Part shown: piece after piece, positions 55,949 through 64,000 of the stretch
Position numbering within the stretch: position 1 is the first letter of the stretch
Layout of the letters: each line of letters starts with the position of its first letter
Source: a virus
Length of the DNA: 64,000 nucleotides
IMG/VR virus record: IMGVR_UViG_3300008450_000013
Location: 22,811-86,810 of that record
Reading direction: 5' to 3' (one strand)
Notes under the pieces: generated by a model
Seen by the model: only the letters and a program-made list of their open reading frames with translations
What the model was told of the DNA's origin: nothing
Database searches by the model: none
Program-made: the position numbers and the translations under genes

Positions 55949-57604
55949 TTAGAATGTTGTATCAACTTCGTTCAAAATAACTTGCCATGTGTCTTCATCC
56001 ACAGAGAACTCATCACAATCTCCAAGATAACTCCAAGGTCGGTTCTTCAAACAAGTCAGTCGTACAAGCCCACGTTGTCTATCAGGACGTATCTGTGGCT
56101 CCAATCCAATAATGATGAAGGACAATTGCTCTAATGCTGCACTACCACGCATAGATTCTTTTGTAACACGAATCCAGAATGGTTCATCCTCTTTCCCTTT
56201 AGGGGGTTTGTACTCTTGCCCATCTAAACGCTTAATGTGGGATACAGCAATGATACAGACATCATTAGCAGCACAGAAAGCAGCAAGCTCTGTCATCACC
56301 ATGTCTAGCTCTTTACGCTCATTAGCAATGTCACTACCACTAATTACCACTGATAAGTGATCTAACACAATATAAGAGCATCCTTCAACCAAATGCATGT
56401 GTCTTACTTTACTCATAAGCTCTGTGATAGGTAAACTACCGAAGTGACCTAACATAATGAGTTGGTCGTTGTTCACAATACTGTCATAAGCAGCCTGCAC
56501 TTCTTCACGAGACTTACCACAACCTAATGGCTTGTTTTTGAACTTATTGTAATTCACTTTAAGCTTCGCTGCCACCATGCGTTGAAGAGTTTCTTTGTTA
56601 GTTTCTTCAAGATAAATCATACCAACTTTTTCGCCAGCTTCCATGAAGCCTCCAGCAAAGATACTTGTCACTGTACTTTTACCAACTCCACTTGGGCTAG
56701 TCAATAGGACAAGCTCACGCTTGCGGAATCCATGAATCTTTTCCATAAGCTTAGGAAAACAGTTGATATACAAACCTTCTTCACGCTCTTGTACAAGTTC
56801 GTCAAAGCTAATATCTGCAGCATGAACAATCTTCTCAGCACTGAAAGCTCTCTTACCAAACTGCACAAGCTTTGCTAATTCGTCAGACTTGCCAGCTTGT
56901 ACCATATCTGAAGCGTCTTTAAAGTCCCCTCCAGTGGTTGTAGTGAACAACCCAATACCAGAACCTACCAAAGCATTAGCAACAGCTTCACGAGCTTCAT
57001 GCCCCTTCATTATCTTCTTTTCACGTTCTGCAGGAGTACAGTAGTCATCATCAAAGAATATGTTTAAGGCATCATAGGATAATACGAAGTCTTGGTTATG
57101 TAACGTAGCTTCCACAGCGTTAGCAGTGCCTAGTGGAATAGACACAGTTGAAGGCTCCATACCCTCAAACTTAGTACCCTTCACTTGGTCTTTCATACTC
57201 TGGAAACACGAGATTGTATCCCACTCCCCTTCTGTGTATGTGAGCATTGTGCGTTTACGTTGAATGCTTTCTGCCACTTCTTGACCAAATAACTTGTTCT
57301 GAATGCTTACGTTCCCGATTGTGCTCCAGTGGTATTTCTCACTCTTATCTTTAGTAAGGTCTTGCTTCTTATACCCTGTAATCTTCCCTTTTTGGTTAAA
57401 GGAAGGAAAATACACAGCAATAGGAGTTTTACCATCTTCAGGAGAAACAGCCACCTTAACTCCGAATCGTTGCAATGTTTCCTTGCGAATACTACGTTCA
57501 GGGATATCAACAACACCGTAGCTTTCTACATCCTTCAAGCTTTCCTTTGGCTCATATTTTTCACTGCTCATCTCATCTCCTTTGTTTTGTTTCCAATAGC
57601 CCAT
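55949..57604 (-). CDS. DNA primase-helicase (T7 gp4-like TOPRIM plus SF4 helicase)
   Basis: TEGEWD, FFDDD, KDASD; SPSGVGKST, LDHLS, VSH, RGS and KNR motifs; AGGAG RBS at 57604. Confidence 0.92.
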   Translation of the reverse strand: MGYWKQNKGDEMSSEKYEPKESLKDVESYGVVDIPERSIRKETLQRFGVKVAVSPEDGKTPIAVYFPSFNQKGKITGYKKQDLTKDKSEKYHWSTIGNVSIQNKLFGQEVAESIQRKRTMLTYTEGEWDTISCFQSMKDQVKGTKFEGMEPSTVSIPLGTANAVEATLHNQDFVLSYDALNIFFDDDYCTPAEREKKIMKGHEAREAVANALVGSGIGLFTTTTGGDFKDASDMVQAGKSDELAKLVQFGKRAFSAEKIVHAADISFDELVQEREEGLYINCFPKLMEKIHGFRKRELVLLTSPSGVGKSTVTSIFAGGFMEAGEKVGMIYLEETNKETLQRMVAAKLKVNYNKFKNKPLGCGKSREEVQAAYDSIVNNDQLIMLGHFGSLPITELMSKVRHMHLVEGCSYIVLDHLSVVISGSDIANERKELDMVMTELAAFCAANDVCIIAVSHIKRLDGQEYKPPKGKEDEPFWIRVTKESMRGSAALEQLSFIIIGLEPQIRPDRQRGLVRLTCLKNRPWSYLGDCDEFSVDEDTWQVILNEVDTTF

Positions 57605-57615
57605 ACTGTCTCCTG

Positions 57616-57873
57616 TCAATACTCGCAATACATCAAATATTTAATCTCTCGCAACTCTTTCAACTCCCTCTCATCAACTATGAGTTGCCTGAGAATTTGA
57701 TTGTCAACTTTCTGCTGATAACCAAGCTCATTAGCAGACTCTCTAATAAGAACTATCAGTTTTACACTTGTAAAATCTCCACAATTGTGATACTTCTTCC
57801 ACCATATCTTCAGTTCATTTCTACGTTTAGCTGTGCGTGATTGTAGTGCGCTAATTAGTTTTTGTTTGTTCAT
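57616..57873 (-). CDS. hypothetical protein
   Basis: GGAG RBS. Confidence 0.65.
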   Translation of the reverse strand: MNKQKLISALQSRTAKRRNELKIWWKKYHNCGDFTSVKLIVLIRESANELGYQQKVDNQILRQLIVDERELKELREIKYLMYCEY

Positions 57874-57876
57874 GAT

Positions 57877-58095
57877 TTACACTCCAATCTTCTCATAATC
57901 AGCATCCAATTCAGTTTGAATAAACCTGTCATACTCCTCAGTACCAAACTCAAGAACATGATAGTCATCACTCTTCCAGATAGTGTCGTAGTAATCTTCT
58001 CGATACATCCAACTATCATCTGCCCATACGAATATGTCTTCTAGGCTAGTCACTTTACACCTCCGTTCTTCGCACAATGTAATTGATAAACACAA
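57877..58095 (-). CDS. acidic hypothetical protein (start probably GTG near 58053)
   Basis: EDIFVWADDSW...SDDY. Confidence 0.55.
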   Translation of the reverse strand: MCLSITLCEERRCKVTSLEDIFVWADDSWMYREDYYDTIWKSDDYHVLEFGTEEYDRFIQTELDADYEKIGV

Positions 58096-59417
58096 CGAGC
58101 ATAACTGTCAGCTTCTGTCTTGTCAAAACGAACATCCAAGTAGACAGGTAAAAATAGAGAAGCAATCTTGCTATCTCGCTTAGAAATAATATCATTTGCT
58201 TTCACTGTTATGATTTTACCGATATACAAATTTCTATTACCCCACCAATCCTCACGATCCATATCAGAAAAACCTGTACCTAAATCAGATACAAGTAGTC
58301 TGTCACTAGAAGCTACCGTCAAACTACCAAGCATACCTTTTGCTTTACCTGTACCTTCCGTCCAACCAATTACTTCTAAATCCACTTCAAACTCAATTTT
58401 AAGTTTAATGCAATCACGGCTTGTACCATCACGCCAGAGGAAGTCTGTTGTTTTGATGACAGCTCCTTCTTTACCTTCTGCTGTAAATCCTGAATAAACT
58501 TGATAAGCCTCTTCCAAAGAATTAACTTCTTCTGTATGCACAGCACGTATATTTGGGACTGTTTTCAATACATTTTCAAGTAAATTCAATCGTTGATAAT
58601 ACTTACTGGTTGACTTATGTGACTTAAAAGCTTCCGCTGTCAGACAATCCCACGCTGTCATCTCAAAACCAAGATTGTCACCAACTTCACAACCCTTAAG
58701 AACACTGTTAAGCACACCATTACCTGTCTTACGGTCTAAAGGAACACCTAATGTAGCAGCTTCTCCATACACTAATAGTTCTCCAACTACTACAAACCCA
58801 TCAGGAAGCCCTACAGCGAGCTTTTCAGCAAACTCAGTAGGATACTTACTACCTGCCCGTGTAATCGCTTCTGGAGCCTTTCCAGCCTCTTTAACAAGGT
58901 AGCAAAAGCTGCCATCAAGTTTCTCTTGTACGAAGAATGTCTTGAGCTTACTGAAGCGATCTTTCACTTTAGCATCCATCAAGCTACAGCGTTGATATGG
59001 AGGGATGAAATATAAATCAGGAAACACTTTCAAAATCATTGTGTCCCCCACTCCAGCCCCGATTGAGCGTTTGATGAGTAGTTCGATGAGTTCTTGTGAT
59101 TGTGTATCTACATTCTCCAAAGTTTCTTTCAGACATTTTACAGCAAGTGATCCAGTTACTTTTCTTCCCCCTAATTCTGCAATAAACCAGTTAATCAACT
59201 CGGAGCCTAGTGTTCCTATTGGTGTTGATTTATCAATTTTAGGGAGTCTTGTTTGATAGTAACTAATAGAAGGGTCATACAATGCCTTCAAGTAAACCTT
59301 CAACAGCTCATTGTCCTTATTAGCTTCCAAAATAGCTGTTTTAGCATTTGAGCCAGATGCATTCTGCAGCTCTTTAATAATTGTGTATAAATTACTCATT
59401 AACAACCCTCCATCCAA
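58050..59417 (-). CDS. lig: ATP-dependent DNA ligase
   Basis: QEKLDG, VGEL, AWD, EGAVIK, IKLK and SLFLP...RFDK motifs. Confidence 0.93.
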   Translation of the reverse strand: MDGGLLMSNLYTIIKELQNASGSNAKTAILEANKDNELLKVYLKALYDPSISYYQTRLPKIDKSTPIGTLGSELINWFIAELGGRKVTGSLAVKCLKETLENVDTQSQELIELLIKRSIGAGVGDTMILKVFPDLYFIPPYQRCSLMDAKVKDRFSKLKTFFVQEKLDGSFCYLVKEAGKAPEAITRAGSKYPTEFAEKLAVGLPDGFVVVGELLVYGEAATLGVPLDRKTGNGVLNSVLKGCEVGDNLGFEMTAWDCLTAEAFKSHKSTSKYYQRLNLLENVLKTVPNIRAVHTEEVNSLEEAYQVYSGFTAEGKEGAVIKTTDFLWRDGTSRDCIKLKIEFEVDLEVIGWTEGTGKAKGMLGSLTVASSDRLLVSDLGTGFSDMDREDWWGNRNLYIGKIITVKANDIISKRDSKIASLFLPVYLDVRFDKTEADSYARCVYQLHCAKNGGVK

Positions 59418-59560
59418 CTAAATCATTTTGCAAATATGTAGCTCGTGGTAATTCAGAAAAGTAATCCTCTTCCCACACAATACCATCAGAGTCTACCATG
59501 AAATCTCCCTGACACTGCACATTATTCCCTGTCTCTTTATTAAAGAATTCAATCTTCATA

Positions 59561-59872
59561 TTATCCTCTCAATTTAATAACTTCTTCTAACAAATACATA
59601 CAAATGTCAATGCCGCCCTTATCAGGAAACGTATCATACCCTACTTGAGAGTCTACATTAGCAAGTACGGATTTAATATACTCAACATCTTTGTTACTTA
59701 GCTTTCTATTACTGACAATTGTTTTGTAGTCAGCTTTAGGATTATATCCTATATGATGTTCTTTAACAATCTGCTCTAAAGATTTGTGTGTGAATCCTCT
59801 TAATTGCTTGGCTGTGTACATATTCTCTCCTTGTTTAATGTGAAAATTCCCGACAGACCAATAGTAGATCAT
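59561..59872 (-). CDS. hypothetical protein (true start probably MYTAKQ near 59821)
   Basis: AAGGAG RBS before the internal ATG. Confidence 0.6.
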   Translation of the reverse strand: MIYYWSVGNFHIKQGENMYTAKQLRGFTHKSLEQIVKEHHIGYNPKADYKTIVSNRKLSNKDVEYIKSVLANVDSQVGYDTFPDKGGIDICMYLLEEVIKLRG

Positions 59873-59889
59873 GTCGAGGAATGTGTCAA
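59847..59889 (-). promoter_or_regulatory. promoter with -10 inside an inverted repeat
   Basis: TTGACA-17-TACTAT; TTCCTCGACA/TGTCGGGAA. Confidence 0.7.
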
Positions 59890-59973
59890 GCTATTTTAAT
59901 CAGAACTACTGCAACTAGAAGAACTGTCACTAGATGAGCTACTGCTTCACGTTTTTGTCTCGATTTGAATATG

Positions 59974-60699
59974 TTAAACATTTTGTTCTCCTAACAAAGC
60001 TGGTAATGATACAGGGAATAAAGGCTCTACTAAATCTCGAATCATATTAGCAACCTCACGCGACTCCTTCTGAGTATGTCCATCTAAGCGCAGTCGAAGC
60101 ATGTCTGCAAAAGCACTTAACGTACCAGACCAATAGTAGTTCACCACCATATTTTGTGGCAACACCATACGAGCCTGTTCATTACATACTCCAGACTCAA
60201 TAAGGTCATTATACAAATGTAGTGAGTTTACACAGTGCCAATAAATAGCACTCTCAGGTGTTTCTGGCAAATACTCAAAAGAATTTGCAATAGGGTTCTT
60301 ATCTTCATCCAATTGCCAACCAATTGTCAAACGTGTATTTGTCACGAGTTCATCAGAGCTGCCTTGCTTGACATTCTCAGCAGGTTTGCGATAATCTGTT
60401 GGAATATAAAACTCTGGTTCACTGTTAATGTAGCGTCTTGATTCCTCGTTCCAAGGCATGAACTTATGTTTAACTAATTGACGACATACAAAGATAGGAG
60501 CCTTCACTTTTACTGTGATAAACGTATGATGAAATGGTGAAATATGCCCATGCTTGGCTAAGTATCGAATTAGCTTCGCATCTTTCAACTCATCAAACTC
60601 TTTATTGTCACCAGCAAAGCTCACACGAGCTGCACGTACCACAGAACTATCACTCCCCATGTGGTCAATCAAACTTACTTCCATATTACTTTTAATCAT
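59974..60699 (-). CDS. thyX: flavin-dependent thymidylate synthase
   Basis: AARVSF, GHISPF, RQLVKH..NEESRRY, EQARMVLP and HTQKE motifs. Confidence 0.93.
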   Translation of the reverse strand: MIKSNMEVSLIDHMGSDSSVVRAARVSFAGDNKEFDELKDAKLIRYLAKHGHISPFHHTFITVKVKAPIFVCRQLVKHKFMPWNEESRRYINSEPEFYIPTDYRKPAENVKQGSSDELVTNTRLTIGWQLDEDKNPIANSFEYLPETPESAIYWHCVNSLHLYNDLIESGVCNEQARMVLPQNMVVNYYWSGTLSAFADMLRLRLDGHTQKESREVANMIRDLVEPLFPVSLPALLGEQNV

Positions 60700-60707
60700 T
60701 TTCTCTC

Positions 60708-60914
60708 CTAGTCAACCACATAATATTTATCAAACACAAACTCTGCCACCGCATATTTGTACTTAGCTTTAAACTCCTCAGACACTCCATGATATCTAGT
60801 AGCCTTAGCAATCCATCTATCGGCATCTCCCTTACGCCTATAAAACTGAGACACTTGATGCATTGTCACCTCATTTATGACGCAATAGGCTTTTACTTTG
60901 TCAATTTCTTTCAT
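60708..60914 (-). CDS. hypothetical protein
   Basis: TAATG coupling to the upstream gene. Confidence 0.6.
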   Translation of the reverse strand: MKEIDKVKAYCVINEVTMHQVSQFYRRKGDADRWIAKATRYHGVSEEFKAKYKYAVAEFVFDKYYVVD

Positions 60915-61195
60915 TATTCATCTCTATCATGTTCTAAGTCATTCAAGCATTCTTCAAGTGAGATACGAGCAGGCTCTGACTGGTCAATATCAACAGTACC
61001 GTCCTCAAATACATTCGCAACTCGTGTTGTACGAATGGTTACATAGTCCCATTGTTCGTAGTTAATATACAGACCAGTATTTCGTACAAACTTTTCATGA
61101 TCTTTAGCAGCTTTTTCGTTAGAATATGTCTGAAGGACAAGTTCCTCGTTGTCAAACTTGCTATCTGTTAAAACTACCACTGAATATGTTAACAT
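60914..61195 (-). CDS. hypothetical protein
   Basis: AAGGAGAAA RBS. Confidence 0.7.
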   Translation of the reverse strand: MLTYSVVVLTDSKFDNEELVLQTYSNEKAAKDHEKFVRNTGLYINYEQWDYVTIRTTRVANVFEDGTVDIDQSEPARISLEECLNDLEHDRDE

Positions 61196-61204
61196 AATTT
61201 CTCC

Positions 61205-61540
61205 TTAACTAACCCGCACAGTATAAACAACTCCAGCTTCCACATTTGGAAACAGAGCTTTCCAATTATTCTCAGCTTGTACAATACTGTCTACCAAGCC
61301 TTTTAGCTTACGTGGGTACACTTTGAATCCCACCCAATAATAGCCTCCTGAATAGTAATTTAAGCAGTCTACATCAAGGTTAGATGAGTGACTTGACATA
61401 AACTCAGTAATGCCATCTTCTTCAATTTCCTCAGAGTCTTCCTCAGAAATAATACCTTGTTCTTCCAAGAACTCTACAACTTCACTTCTACTGTCAAACT
61501 CTAAACCAATGCCTAAGATTGGTGTGTAATCTACTCCCAT
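61205..61540 (-). CDS. acidic hypothetical protein
   Basis: AAGGAGAAA RBS. Confidence 0.7.
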   Translation of the reverse strand: MGVDYTPILGIGLEFDSRSEVVEFLEEQGIISEEDSEEIEEDGITEFMSSHSSNLDVDCLNYYSGGYYWVGFKVYPRKLKGLVDSIVQAENNWKALFPNVEAGVVYTVRVS

Positions 61541-61541
61541 G

Positions 61542-61958
61542 TTATTTCTCCTTTTCTCTAGAAAATATTAAGTTTCCAACCCGCTTATGCTTATCAGCCC
61601 ACCTGTGTTTGCTCCTAAAGTGATTGAAGTACAAAGCTTCACTTGTTAATACAGGCTTCATGTTATACGCTTTCCAGAACTTTGTCAAGAACTGCTTATC
61701 TTTCACCTTACGAATCCCTGTACGCTTCACATACGGAAACTGTCCGGCTTGAAAAATCGTTTCACTTATCGTTACATTATTCTTTGCAACCCTATTGTTC
61801 ACAACGTCTAAGACAGCCCTAATCGTTTCAACAGACTCCCCACGAGCTTCACGGTAAGTGACGTATTGAAGCATTTGAATGTCTGTTGGACTTTTAATAG
61901 CTGCTACAGAGCTTACAGAAATAATAGAAAGCATTATAGCAGCTATTGTGTGTTTCAT
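61542..61958 (-). CDS. SleB-like cell wall hydrolase with signal peptide
   Basis: YREARGE, VVNNR, QF and GNLIF motifs. Confidence 0.85.
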   Translation of the reverse strand: MKHTIAAIMLSIISVSSVAAIKSPTDIQMLQYVTYREARGESVETIRAVLDVVNNRVAKNNVTISETIFQAGQFPYVKRTGIRKVKDKQFLTKFWKAYNMKPVLTSEALYFNHFRSKHRWADKHKRVGNLIFSREKEK

Positions 61959-62518
61959 GATTCTGTGCCTTTCTGTGCTGATAAATGAAAGTTAGCTGCT
62001 TCGCAAAATGATTCTGCTTCGTGCTGATGGCTAAACTTTGCAACGACTCGCCCTGTATCGTCGCCAACAATTTCGCCATCTGCGTCGATAATCATGCGTT
62101 CGCCAAAGTTCATTTGACTGCTTACCTGTTTGCTAGCTTTTTTAAGTTCATATTCGAGCCGATCAATTTCTTGGCGCAGCTCCGCATTCTCTGCTTGCAG
62201 TTTCATCACTTCGTTCTGTAGTTGTTTGTTTGCACTCACTTGTGCTTCCGAATGAGCAACAACGCGCTTGACCGTTTCCTCTGCTCCGTGCGCTCTTTCA
62301 TTTGCGCCTTCAATTTCACTGCCAATATATTCAAGTCGTTTTGAAAGAACTAGATTCTGAGTTTGCAGTTGTTCGTTTGCACTCACTTGTGCTTCTAGTG
62401 CTGCGGCAGGGTAGAGGGCTTCATAAGAATTAACTTCATGTGGCATGTCATCGGTGAGCAGCCAATATTTTGCATATTTACTAAATCGTCCCCATGCCAC
62501 TGGTTTTATTTCATTCAT
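61955..62518 (-). CDS. hypothetical coiled-coil protein (Ead/Ea22-like mosaic)
   Basis: KPVAW...ALY; duplicated EAQVSAN. Confidence 0.65.
   Translation of the reverse strand: MNEIKPVAWGRFSKYAKYWLLTDDMPHEVNSYEALYPAAALEAQVSANEQLQTQNLVLSKRLEYIGSEIEGANERAHGAEETVKRVVAHSEAQVSANKQLQNEVMKLQAENAELRQEIDRLEYELKKASKQVSSQMNFGERMIIDADGEIVGDDTGRVVAKFSHQHEAESFCEAANFHLSAQKGTES
62228..62395. repeat. 21-bp direct repeat GTTTGCACTCACTTGTGCTTC
   Basis: Copies at 62228-62248 and 62375-62395. Confidence 0.9.
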
Positions 62519-62675
62519 GATCGATCCTTTCTCAATGCAGATAACCCTATGTATTCATTTGATCTTCTATGACGCTTGTACTCTTGATCGAAGAAATGAA
62601 AGAAGTGTAATTTCTTTCCAGCGTACCACCCCTCGCGCTTATTGCGGCTTACTAGATGTCTTGTGTTAGTCATGA

Positions 62676-62921
62676 TTACCACCCACCAGAAACAGCATCT
62701 TTGATGTGGAAATGTTTAATTGTTCTGTCTTGTCTCGGAGTTCCATAATTTTCGTCATGAGACTCACCAGATAAAACAATAATGCTTCCAACTCCCTCAA
62801 AGAAATACATTGCTTCTGGAAATTCTTCTTTTATGTCCACCAATGCTTCGTCCAATTTATCAATTGCACTCTTAATTCTCTTGAGTGCATTTCTTGTTTT
62901 CTGAGTTTGTACTTCAGTCAT
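62676..62921 (-). CDS. hypothetical protein
   Basis: GGGAG RBS; ends GGW. Confidence 0.7.
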   Translation of the reverse strand: MTEVQTQKTRNALKRIKSAIDKLDEALVDIKEEFPEAMYFFEGVGSIIVLSGESHDENYGTPRQDRTIKHFHIKDAVSGGW

Positions 62922-62949
62922 CTTTATTCTCCCTCTTTACTGTTGTCTG

Positions 62950-63297
62950 TCATGGTTCCAAACTCCCAATGTATGCCGCTGCTCGAACAATGGCGCGGCG
63001 GGTTGCTGCGCGTGGGTCTTCATTAAACTTTTCTGAAAATGCTTTACCCATTCGATCAATAGTGCAGTCCATACAGCCTTTAAAATACATAAATTGCCGA
63101 ATGTCGATATGCAGTGAAACTGCAAGCCTAAATGCTTGACCGTCATCGTCTAGCGGTTCCCAACATTCACGACCAGTTTCCTCATCGTCGTAGTAAAAGC
63201 ACTGTGAGCCTTCTCGCCAAGTCAATTCCTTGATTCCATACGCCTTTGCAGAAAGCTCTAACAGTTCTTTGTCTGTCATTGTGCTAGTGTCTGTCAT
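62950..63297 (-). CDS. hypothetical phage protein
   Basis: ELLELSAKA...WEPLDDDGQAFRLAV...ATRRAIVRAAA. Confidence 0.75.
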   Translation of the reverse strand: MTDTSTMTDKELLELSAKAYGIKELTWREGSQCFYYDDEETGRECWEPLDDDGQAFRLAVSLHIDIRQFMYFKGCMDCTIDRMGKAFSEKFNEDPRAATRRAIVRAAAYIGSLEP

Positions 63298-63376
63298 GGT
63301 TGCACCTCAATCAAGGCTTGCATATCAGCGTCACGCTTCATTTTTTCCAAAAGCTGAATAAGTGCATAAGTCTTTT

Positions 63377-64000
63377 TCATTCCGTCACCTCTTTAACTGG
63401 CGGTATTATCGGCTTCCAATTTGCATCATTAGGCTTCCCAAAACTCAGTCCATCATGAAAAACAAGGGACATAACGTATCTTCCTTTTTCGTCACGCGCA
63501 TTAGGATTGTTGAAAAAGCTATCGGGACGACAGGTTTCTCCAAACTCCCGCTTTCCGACCATGCGGTAAAGCATGTCTGACCCATCATCGTGCTTGCCAT
63601 TTTTGTATTCAAGGCTGTCTCCTTTGTACAGAAAATAAAAGCGTTCATTTACTTTTACACCAAGCTCTCCTAAGTCATTTACTACCCACTCAGGATCTTG
63701 CGTCACTGGCTCTTGAGGTTTATCGGTAGCTTTAATAAGTCGTTCAAGCACACGGTCATACAGTCGTTGATTGTTTTCCGAAATGCCGCAATCTGACAAA
63801 ATCAAAGTGGCAAGATCGAACAGGTTTGGGTCGAATACTGGCTCTTGTGCTGGCTGTTGAGCCTTCAAGTAAGTCCAAGCTTGGTATGCCCCATTTGTTT
63901 GCATATCAATATATTCGCCAGCGTCATTTTTCGATGTGTCAAAATTCACGGAATCTACAGATGGGTTCCAACACCAAGTTTCAAAATCTTCCTTCGTTTG
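63377..64000 (-). CDS. hypothetical protein (frame open to the window edge, 5' end may be missing)
   Basis: WVVNDLGELGVK...FLYKG...VGKREFGETC. Confidence 0.7.
   Translation of the reverse strand, partial: QTKEDFETWCWNPSVDSVNFDTSKNDAGEYIDMQTNGAYQAWTYLKAQQPAQEPVFDPNLFDLATLILSDCGISENNQRLYDRVLERLIKATDKPQEPVTQDPEWVVNDLGELGVKVNERFYFLYKGDSLEYKNGKHDDGSDMLYRMVGKREFGETCRPDSFFNNPNARDEKGRYVMSLVFHDGLSFGKPNDANWKPIIPPVKEVTE

Noticed and set aside
1-64000. tRNA genes, CRISPR arrays, integrase/att sites, reverse transcriptase or DGR
   Set aside because: No cloverleaf, regularly spaced repeats or relevant protein motifs seen by eye; tRNAscan-SE and a CRISPR finder would be decisive
1-64000. Stop-codon reassignment
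   Set aside because: Conserved genes are full length in the standard code and all three stops are used at gene ends

Overview
The window is 64 kb of an AT-rich, apparently lytic tailed dsDNA phage genome (siphovirus-type tail; no integrase or repressor seen). It has three blocks. (1) Minus strand 1-3915: DNA methyltransferase, ClpP-like protease, PhoH and small ORFs. (2) Plus strand 4073-32884: morphogenesis and lysis genes, namely terS, terL split by a 234-nt group I intron inside its Walker A motif, portal, a free-standing GIY-YIG endonuclease, S49 protease, scaffold, decoration, major capsid, neck and tail genes with a -1 frameshifted chaperone, tape measure, fibres and an M15 endolysin. 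(3) Minus strand 32951-64000: replication and nucleotide metabolism (NrdAB, glutaredoxin, MazG-like, PAPS-reductase-like, phosphoesterase, 5'-3' exonuclease, SSB, family-B DNA polymerase, primase-helicase, ligase, ThyX, CCA-like nucleotidyltransferase, small alarmone hydrolase, SleB, HNH nucleases) plus many small ORFs. The best candidate for a new system is a structured non-coding RNA between terS and terL. It displays three unpaired anti-Shine-Dalgarno motifs (UUUCUCCUU, UUCCUCCUCCU, UUUCUCCU). Most minus-strand early/middle genes use the complementary AGGAG RBS, while 16 consecutive late-region genes avoid AGGAG, which suggests an RNA-based early-to-late translational switch. The second highlight is that the terL intron appears to end in A rather than the near-universal omega-G. 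All calls were made by eye from motifs, base pairing and synteny; no database searches or folding programs were run.
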